DNA of 26,050 bases, from positions 1-26,050 of IMG/VR virus record IMGVR_UViG_3300048578_000406, one strand, 5' to 3'. A model generated the notes under the pieces. The model had not been told where the DNA came from, did not search any database, and saw nothing but the letters and a program-made list of their open reading frames with translations. The DNA comes from a virus. Its lineage: Duplodnaviria; Caudoviricetes. Below are positions 1 to 6,923 of the stretch, in pieces. Numbering within the stretch: the stretch's first letter is position 1; every line of letters begins with the position of its first letter. The translations under genes and the position numbers were made by a program.

Positions 1-219
1 TACGGCGGAGCCAACCTCTACATACCCAAGACGGAAGCCCTGGTGCGGGCGACACGTGACAATCTGATCAAACAGCAGTATAATGGGTACAATGCCGAGG
101 AATTGGCGAAGGTTTACAACCTGACCGTGCGGTGGGTGCAGGACATCGTGAAAGACTGCCCGCACCCGGATCAAATTACACTCTTTGACTTCGCTGAAAC
201 CCGCACAGGAACTGGATAA
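1..219 (+). CDS. Mor/C-family transcription activator, 3' part (truncated by window edge)
   Basis: Frame 1 is open to TAA at 217-219 and reads YGGANLYIPK...RDNLIKQQYNGYNAEELAKVYNLTVRWVQDIV, matching the Mu Mor/C pattern (GG-x-x-x-YIP, RD-x-x-I, NG-x-N-x-x-ELA-x-x-YNL HTH). Not in the supplied ORF track. Confidence 0.85.
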   Translation, partial: YGGANLYIPKTEALVRATRDNLIKQQYNGYNAEELAKVYNLTVRWVQDIVKDCPHPDQITLFDFAETRTGTG

Positions 220-263
220 AGTCGGAGAATTGCTTCGTATATACCGCACAAAAATCTACTATT

Positions 264-315
264 AAAATGGGAACCATGGAGGCTGAACAAGCCACACGGT
301 TCCCATTTTTTATTT
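264..315 (+). terminator. Inverted repeat followed by T tract (intrinsic terminator or attenuator-like leader hairpin)
   Basis: AAAATGGGAACC (264-275) pairs with GGTTCCCATTTT (298-309), with an inner GGCT/AGCC stem, and runs into TTTTTTATTT. A -10-like TACTAT lies at 257-262. Confidence 0.55.
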
Positions 316-331
316 ATCTGGAGGGTTACGA

Positions 332-598
332 ATGGACGCATGGGTTACATGGGCAATACAGGGCATCACAGGGCTGGCAATCGGCGCGCTGTGCTTCTTC
401 CTGAAACGGACGCTGACGCAGTTTGAGCAGACGGCAAAAGAGCAGAAAGAGCGCATTGATAAGCTGGACGACAAAATGAACACCTTCATAAACAACATGC
501 CCTTCCAGTACACCCTGCGCGATGACTTCATCAGAACCGTGGCAGGCTTCGACGCCAAGCTGGACAAGATACTGGACCAGCTGACACACAGATCGTAA
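332..598 (+). CDS. Small membrane-anchored coiled-coil protein (Mu gp25-like position)
   Basis: GGAGG RBS upstream; N-terminal hydrophobic helix followed by a heptad-rich region; first gene of a Mu-like late cluster. Confidence 0.6.
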   Translation: MDAWVTWAIQGITGLAIGALCFFLKRTLTQFEQTAKEQKERIDKLDDKMNTFINNMPFQYTLRDDFIRTVAGFDAKLDKILDQLTHRS

Positions 599-625
599 TT
601 TTAACAGAAAGAGAGGCGGGCAATT

Positions 626-943
626 ATGGCAGCCGACTTAGTTATCAAAGCCAATAAGCGGGCGCGCGGTGAAATCCTTGCGCTGCTATACTCCGTTCAA
701 CCCATACCTGCGGAGATCAGGACCATCACCAACGCCCTGCTGGAAAAGAACATGGTGAGCGTCCCGGACATCGCCCGTCACGTCGACTACCTATCCGGCA
801 AGGGGTACATCGAGGTGATCAGCGAGGAGGACGTGGCGCAAATACTGCGCGGCGTCGTACCGCCTTCGGCTTTTATCAAGCTGACACCGCACGGGGTTGA
901 CCTGGTGGAAGGAACCATTGAGGACCCCGGCGTTGATGTTTAA
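626..943 (+). CDS. Mu gp26-like winged-helix protein
   Basis: GAGG RBS; RGEILALLY...DYLSGKGYI...KLTPHGVDLVEG...PGV pattern typical of the gene preceding DUF3486 in Mu-like phages. Confidence 0.6.
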   Translation: MAADLVIKANKRARGEILALLYSVQPIPAEIRTITNALLEKNMVSVPDIARHVDYLSGKGYIEVISEEDVAQILRGVVPPSAFIKLTPHGVDLVEGTIEDPGVDV

Positions 944-945
944 CC

Positions 946-1515
946 ATGGGGACGCAGAGAGATCGCAAGCGCATACGGTCCCGTGTGGATGAACTGCCGG
1001 AGGACATCCGGGCCAAGCTGGACGCAATGCTGGGCAACGTCAATTATACGTACCAGGACATCGCGGAAGCGATCACCGAGGAAGGATACGAAATAAGCCG
1101 CAGCGCCGTGGGACGCTACGCCATGAGGCACAATGATGCAGCCAGGCGTTTGAAGGAAGCATCCGAACAGACCACCGCGCTGCTACAATTCATCCGGGAA
1201 AACCAGGACGTGGAATCCACGGAACTGGCAGCCGCGATCATGATCGACGGCCTGACCCGGAGGATCGCCACGGCGGACGAGGACTTCGACGCCATGCCGT
1301 TGGATAAAGCAGGACGGCTCCTGGTCCAGCTGCAACGGTCCACCATATACAAGGAGCGCTGGCGCAAAGAGCGCCTGGCGGCCATCGAAGCCGTGGAACG
1401 CAACGTCAAGGCACGGATGCGGCAGATGGTCCAGGATAACCCCGAATTGCTTGAACAGCTTCAAAAGCTGGTCAGCGATGCGGCGGCCGAGGAGGCGGGA
1501 CGCGATGAAGCATGA
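946..1515 (+). CDS. DUF3486 / Mu gp27-like protein, putative small terminase subunit
   Basis: RSRVDELPEDIRAKLDAML...TYQDIAE...GYEISRSAVGRY N-terminal HTH motif; lies upstream of the large terminase, and no other TerS candidate is present. Confidence 0.75.
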   Translation: MGTQRDRKRIRSRVDELPEDIRAKLDAMLGNVNYTYQDIAEAITEEGYEISRSAVGRYAMRHNDAARRLKEASEQTTALLQFIRENQDVESTELAAAIMIDGLTRRIATADEDFDAMPLDKAGRLLVQLQRSTIYKERWRKERLAAIEAVERNVKARMRQMVQDNPELLEQLQKLVSDAAAEEAGRDEA

Positions 1516-2038
1516 ACCGGCGTGGTATGTGGCCCATGTAATGACGGGCACCGAACAAGAGATCGCCAACAAACTGAACAGCGCAGGGATGCGGGCGCTG
1601 GCACCCGTCGAGGTGCTGCATGAACGACGCCACGCCAAGTGGTGGCCGGTACGCAAGACCGTGTTCCCTGGCTACGTGTTCATTCGCGTGGAGATGTCCC
1701 CGCGTAATTACTACAATATCAAACAGCTGCCCCACGTGATCCGGCTGCTGGGCGTGGACGGCCCGGAGGCCGTACCCGACGAACAGATGGAGATCGTGGA
1801 GTGCTTCGCAAACGGCGGCCTGGACTTCGGGGTGTCGGAGGGCGAAAAGATCGACGGCAAGACCGTGATCAAAACCGGCCCCCTGGCAAAACTGGAGGGC
1901 CAGATCGTGAAGGTCAACGCCAGGGCAAGACGGGCCACCGTCGAGGTACCCATCCTGGGTGATGTCCACCGGGTAGATGTCGGCATCATAGTGACGAAGG
2001 CAGACACCCAGGACGACCAGGAGGCCGAGACCGAGTAA
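1505..2038 (+). CDS. NusG-paralog transcription antitermination factor (NGN + KOW domains)
   Basis: WYVAHVMTGTE, VFPGYVFI and VIRLLG (NGN domain); GPLAKLEGQIVKVNARARRATVEVPILG (KOW domain). ATG 1505 follows GGAGG and overlaps the end of the upstream gene. Confidence 0.9.
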   Translation: MKHEPAWYVAHVMTGTEQEIANKLNSAGMRALAPVEVLHERRHAKWWPVRKTVFPGYVFIRVEMSPRNYYNIKQLPHVIRLLGVDGPEAVPDEQMEIVECFANGGLDFGVSEGEKIDGKTVIKTGPLAKLEGQIVKVNARARRATVEVPILGDVHRVDVGIIVTKADTQDDQEAETE

Positions 2039-2364
2039 AAGAACCTGGGAGCGTGCGCGCTGATCCGTTCGCCGTACAGTGAGCCGGGGGACCATAACCA
2101 AGACAGCAGCGCCGCCGCCAAGCGGCGGATGGCGAAGCTATATCATCGGGGTAATCCCATCCGTGGGGGCCTCTCCACGTGCCCCGCCTGGTCACTCCTT
2201 TCGTTGCCTGCCCCGGTGTGCTAAAACATGCCGGGGCATGGTAATAAATTGGGAAAGAAAAAACAGCCCCACAGGGCGATTTTAACCCCTGACTGGGGCG
2301 CTTATATTTGCCCGCGCGTTTAACGCCGTTATAACGCGTCAGAGAGGCCACAGCGACGAAACTG
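2039..2364 (+). promoter_or_regulatory. Structured non-coding leader between the NusG paralog and terminase
   Basis: About 330 nt with at least five hairpins: 2112-2128, 2162-2179, 2209-2238, 2266-2299 and 2315-2338. Confidence 0.45.
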
Positions 2365-2385
2365 ATGCAAAGGAGGCAGACAGGT

Positions 2386-3861
2386 TTGAAGAAAGATTTA
2401 ACTGATTTAAAAGAACTGATCAACCCGGAAGGGATCATCGACGGCCGTCTGCTTGCCGCGCAGCGCAGCTTTTACGAGTATTGCAAGCTGATGAATCCGA
2501 AGTTTTTCAGGGACGACCGGCCCTACCAGCGGGATCTGTGCGAAACGCTGCAGGCGATCTTCGAGGGCCGCCTGATCAATAAGGCCACCGGGGACCCATA
2601 CAAGAACCTGATGATCAACCTTCCGCCACGGCACGGGAAGTCCTACACCCTGACGCTGTTCGTGCAGTGGTGCATGGGCAAGCGCAACGACACCCGCGTC
2701 ATATCGGTATCATATAACGACATCCTGGCCGGGCGCTTCGCCCGGAACGTCCGGGACGGCATCGACGCCAGCAAGCTGGACAGCCGCATGACCATCTTCC
2801 ACGACGTATTCCCCACCACCCGCGTGAAGCAGGGCGACGCAGCTGCGCAGCTGTGGAGCCTGGAGGGGCAATTCTTCAACTACCTGGCGACCGGCTTCGG
2901 CGGAACCATCACCGGCATCGGTTGTTCCCTGGGCATCATCGACGACCCGATCAAGAACGACCAGGAAGCGTTTAACGACCGCGTCCTGGATGAACAATGG
3001 TCCTGGTACACCGACACCTTCCTGTCTCGTATTGAGGAAGGCGGCATGCAGATCATCGTCATGACACGGTGGTCCACCAAGGACCTATGCGGCCGCCTGC
3101 TTGCGACCGAGGACGGCGGCGATTGGTTTGTATTCTGCCGCCGCGCCTGCATCGACGAAACGACGCAGACCATGCTATGCCCAGACCTGCTGTCTTTCAA
3201 GTCTTACATGAAGAAGCGCAGGCTGACCAGCGCCGAGATCGCCGACGCCAACTATCAACAGGAGCCGGTAGACATCAAAGGCAAGCTATACAGCGAATTC
3301 AGAACCTACGAAACACTTCCGCGCGACGAGGCCGGGCAGCTGAAATTCAGCGAGATCATCAGCTACACCGACACGGCCGACACTGGCGCGGACGATCTTG
3401 TCAGCATTGTGGCGGGCATCTATGAAGGCGAGGGCTACATCCTGGACGTGATCATGACCGACGCACCCATGGAGGAAACGGAGCCGCAGACGGCGGAACA
3501 GCTGTTCAGCTTCCACGTCACCACGGCCCGGATCGAAAGCAACAACGGCGGCCGGGGCTTCGCCCGGAACGTCGAGCGCTTGCTGTGGGAAAACCATCAG
3601 ACCCGCAGCGTCAACGTCGAGTGGTTCCACCAATCTGCGAACAAACACGCCAGGATCATGACCGGAGCCACCTTCGTGATGCAGCACCTCCTATTCCCGC
3701 CCGACTGTGCAACGCGCTGGCCCCGCTATTATGCGGCTATGGTCAGCTATCAAAAGACTGGCAAGAACAAACATGACGACGCCCCGGACGCCACGACCGG
3801 GATCGCCGAAACCATACAAGAGAGAGAAGGGAGTGGTACGCTTGACATTTGGTGGGTGTGA
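2386..3861 (+). CDS. terL: Phage terminase large subunit
   Basis: Walker A INLPPRHGKS, Walker B IIDDPIK, MTRW motif, RNase H-like nuclease with IESNNGG and HDDAPDA. TTG 2386 follows AAGGAGG (alternative start ATG 2365). Confidence 0.95.
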   Translation: MKKDLTDLKELINPEGIIDGRLLAAQRSFYEYCKLMNPKFFRDDRPYQRDLCETLQAIFEGRLINKATGDPYKNLMINLPPRHGKSYTLTLFVQWCMGKRNDTRVISVSYNDILAGRFARNVRDGIDASKLDSRMTIFHDVFPTTRVKQGDAAAQLWSLEGQFFNYLATGFGGTITGIGCSLGIIDDPIKNDQEAFNDRVLDEQWSWYTDTFLSRIEEGGMQIIVMTRWSTKDLCGRLLATEDGGDWFVFCRRACIDETTQTMLCPDLLSFKSYMKKRRLTSAEIADANYQQEPVDIKGKLYSEFRTYETLPRDEAGQLKFSEIISYTDTADTGADDLVSIVAGIYEGEGYILDVIMTDAPMEETEPQTAEQLFSFHVTTARIESNNGGRGFARNVERLLWENHQTRSVNVEWFHQSANKHARIMTGATFVMQHLLFPPDCATRWPRYYAAMVSYQKTGKNKHDDAPDATTGIAETIQEREGSGTLDIWWV

Positions 3862-4681
3862 AATCATAAACGCCGACAGCATGTTCGTGCTGCCCACACT
3901 GGAGCCGGGCAGCTTCGACGCCCTGATCACTGACCCGCCCTATTCTTCGGGCGGTCAATATAGAGGTGACAGGATGCAAAGCACCTCCGAAAAGTACAGC
4001 GCCACCGGCACCAAGGCTGAGTATATCCACCATGAATTCGAGGGCGACAACATGGACCAGCGGGCCTGGACCAACTGGACGGCCCGGTGGCTTGAAATGT
4101 GCCGCACGGTGGTGAAGCCCGGTGGCACCGCTGCGATCTTCATCGACTGGCGGCAGCTGGCCGCACTGTACGATGCGATCCAGTGGGGAGGCTGGGTGCT
4201 GCGTGGGGTGATCCCCTGGGACAAAAAGAACGCCCGGCCGCAACCGGCACGGCCACGGCAGCAGTGTGAGTTTATCGTGTGGGCGTCTAACGGCCCGTTA
4301 AGCGTTAAACGCGCCGCGCCATACATGCCGGGACTGCTGACCTGCCCGCCTCCAGCGGCACAGGTTAGAACGCACCAAACAGAAAAACCGCTGGATATGA
4401 TGCGGCAGCTGGTCCACATATGCGAGGATGGCGGCCGGATCATCGACCCGTTTGCAGGAAGTGGTACCACGATATGTGCTGCTGCCCTGGAGGGCTTCAA
4501 GGCCCTGGGCATTGAGCGCGACAAATACCACGCAGAGCGGGCACAGCAGAGATTAGCAAAAATTTGCGGGGGGGGTGTAAAACTCTATGCACTGGAGATT
4601 AGAAGCAATCAAGGCGGCCTTCACAGGACGCACCGAGGCGATGCAGCGGTTCTTTTCGTCCCGTATGATGTCGCCGCCTGA
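3842..4681 (+). CDS. DNA adenine/N4-cytosine methyltransferase, beta class (N6_N4_Mtase)
   Basis: Catalytic ITDPPY near the N-terminus, HQTEKP, and SAM-binding DPFAGSGTT near the C-terminus. Likely start TTG 3842 (or GTG 3833) after GAAGGGAG; the ORF is open from 3707. Confidence 0.92.
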   Translation: MTFGGCEIINADSMFVLPTLEPGSFDALITDPPYSSGGQYRGDRMQSTSEKYSATGTKAEYIHHEFEGDNMDQRAWTNWTARWLEMCRTVVKPGGTAAIFIDWRQLAALYDAIQWGGWVLRGVIPWDKKNARPQPARPRQQCEFIVWASNGPLSVKRAAPYMPGLLTCPPPAAQVRTHQTEKPLDMMRQLVHICEDGGRIIDPFAGSGTTICAAALEGFKALGIERDKYHAERAQQRLAKICGGGVKLYALEIRSNQGGLHRTHRGDAAVLFVPYDVAA

Positions 4682-6908
4682 CCGCAACACTGCGGAATTT
4701 TTAGACACCTACGCACATAGCCCGCGCCTGTCGCCGGTGACCAAGATCGCCACCGACCTGTCAAGCGTCCAGGGCAAGCTGTACCGGGTAAAGCCGGACG
4801 GGGACAAGGACGAGATCAACGATCACCCCTTCCTGGATTTTATGAAGCGACCGAACCCGCTGCCGTTTATGACGCGCAGCGCATTATGGAAGCTGCAGGA
4901 AACCTACCTGCTAATAAAAGGCGAAGGTGCTGCCATCATTGAGCGCGACGCGGCAGGCTATCCGGCCGAACTGTGGCCGATACCGCCCCACTGGATGATC
5001 GACATCCCGCGCCTGGACTACCCGTTTTATATCGTCCGTTCCCGCGATGGCCTCCAATGCGAAGTGCCTGCTGCCGACATGTTCCTGATGCGGCAACTGA
5101 ACCCATTGGACCCATACGCGCGCGGACTGGGTGACGCCGAGCCGGTGGCCGACGAGATCGAGACGGACGAATACATGGCAAAGTGGGCGAAGAAATTCTT
5201 CTATAACGACGCCACGCCCCCTGCCCTCCTATCCGCCCCTGGGATAACAAAGGATGAATACGACCGCTTCCAGGCGGCATGGAACGACAGGCACCGGGGA
5301 CTGGGCAACGCCCACAAAATCGGAATCCTTCCCCGCGACGTTACCGTCCAGAAACTGGTCGACAGCCAGCGGGAGATGGACTTCACCGAGAGCCGCAAAA
5401 ACCTGCGCGACGGCGTGAACGCACACTTCGGTGTACCGCCTGAAATCCTGGGCATCGTCGAGAACAGCAACCGGGCGACGGCCACCCAGGCCAAGATTAT
5501 TTATGCCGAGAACGTCCTGACCCCCCGTCTGCTGGCGCGGCAGGACGCCATTAACATGCAGCTGCTGGCTGCCTGGGGCGAGGACTTGCTGTGGGAGTTT
5601 GACGACATCGTGCCGGAGGATACCGAATTCCGCCTGCAGATGTCCAACGCCGGACTGCAAGGCAGCGCCCTGATGGTGGACGAGTGGCGGGAGCAGAACG
5701 GATTCGAGCCGCTGCCAAACGACGCCGGAAAGGTGCTGTTCGTCCCCTTTGCATCCATGCCTACAAAGCCGGAGGAATTGACAGAGAGCGCGCGCCAAAC
5801 TGTGACATCAACGCCGACCAGCGAAACTCTAACGCCGGAGGCAACGGCCACACCCGGCCCGTCAAACGCGCCCCAGGGTGAGGACGCCGAGCAGTTGGCT
5901 GTGGCGAAAGACATCGCCCTAAACGGTGCCCAGGTCACCAGCCTGGTGCAGATCGCGCGCAGCGTCGCCCTGGGTGAACTGGACCGCACGTCGGCTGTGG
6001 AGATCATCACCGCCGCCTTCCCGTTCGACAAGGAAAAGGCCGAGCAGATCATCGGCGACGCCGGGAGTGTACCAATGACCCCGGAGCAGCTGGCAGGCAT
6101 TAAGGCGAATAATCGTCGCAGACAGCAGGCGGCACATCGTGACCGGCTGCGTCAGCTGATGGCCGAGGAACGCGCGGTGCGCCGCAGCGTGAACCGCTTC
6201 TTTGACAATCAGATAGCCGAAATCATTGACGCCATGAAGGCCGGGAACAAAGCCGCAGGCGACGACTTTTGGCAGAAGATCGAAGCCGGACGCGGGCTGA
6301 CTATCGACATCGAAGCAATCCGCAGGACGGCCAATGAGGCCCTGTCCCAGCTGATTGACTGGGGCAAGCAGGACGAGGCCCTGGCCTCTGTCCTATTACC
6401 AGCCTGGGAAGATGCGTTCAATTTGGGCGCTAAATCCATAGAACAAGCCTTCGGTATTCGGGCCGTGCAAGCCCCGAAGCTGACGGACTACCTGCGACAG
6501 AACGGCCTGCGCCGCGTCGCAGACATCAACGAAACCACCCGCGACAAGCTGGCCCAGTCCATTGCTGACGGCATCGAAGCCGGAGAAGGCACCAGCCAGC
6601 TGATCGAACGCATACAGAAACACATGCCGGACGTCCAGGCCGAGCGTGCTGCGACCATCGCCACAAGCGAGGCCCACACAAGCATGCAGGCGGGCAGCTT
6701 CGAGCAGATGAAATTCGGAGGCGTCCGAACCAAAACGTGGGTGACGGCCGGTGACAGCGATGTGCGCGACAGCCATGCCGGAGTAAACGGGGAAACAGTG
6801 CCCATCGACCAGCGGTTTTCCAATGGCCTGATGTACCCTGGCGACCCGTCCGGCGCGCCGGGCGAAATAATTAACTGCCGGTGCGATATGCTGCCCGGCG
6901 ACTTTTAG
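4587..6908 (+). CDS. Portal protein (HK97-type) fused to a C-terminal MuF/SPP1 gp7-like minor head domain
   Basis: About 400 aa portal region (GEGAAIIER..PAELWPIPP, RGLG, FFYNDATP, FGVPPEILG), a low-complexity linker, then MuF motifs RAATIATSE, KTWVTAGDSDVRDSH and YPGDP..EIINCRC. Confidence 0.88.
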   Translation: MHWRLEAIKAAFTGRTEAMQRFFSSRMMSPPDRNTAEFLDTYAHSPRLSPVTKIATDLSSVQGKLYRVKPDGDKDEINDHPFLDFMKRPNPLPFMTRSALWKLQETYLLIKGEGAAIIERDAAGYPAELWPIPPHWMIDIPRLDYPFYIVRSRDGLQCEVPAADMFLMRQLNPLDPYARGLGDAEPVADEIETDEYMAKWAKKFFYNDATPPALLSAPGITKDEYDRFQAAWNDRHRGLGNAHKIGILPRDVTVQKLVDSQREMDFTESRKNLRDGVNAHFGVPPEILGIVENSNRATATQAKIIYAENVLTPRLLARQDAINMQLLAAWGEDLLWEFDDIVPEDTEFRLQMSNAGLQGSALMVDEWREQNGFEPLPNDAGKVLFVPFASMPTKPEELTESARQTVTSTPTSETLTPEATATPGPSNAPQGEDAEQLAVAKDIALNGAQVTSLVQIARSVALGELDRTSAVEIITAAFPFDKEKAEQIIGDAGSVPMTPEQLAGIKANNRRRQQAAHRDRLRQLMAEERAVRRSVNRFFDNQIAEIIDAMKAGNKAAGDDFWQKIEAGRGLTIDIEAIRRTANEALSQLIDWGKQDEALASVLLPAWEDAFNLGAKSIEQAFGIRAVQAPKLTDYLRQNGLRRVADINETTRDKLAQSIADGIEAGEGTSQLIERIQKHMPDVQAERAATIATSEAHTSMQAGSFEQMKFGGVRTKTWVTAGDSDVRDSHAGVNGETVPIDQRFSNGLMYPGDPSGAPGEIINCRCDMLPGDF

Positions 6909-6923
6909 GAGGTGATCGGAAAA

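Noticed and set aside
2079-2285. 68-aa ORF in the NusG-terminase gap
   Set aside because: No RBS, atypical composition, and it coincides with hairpins; better explained as non-coding.
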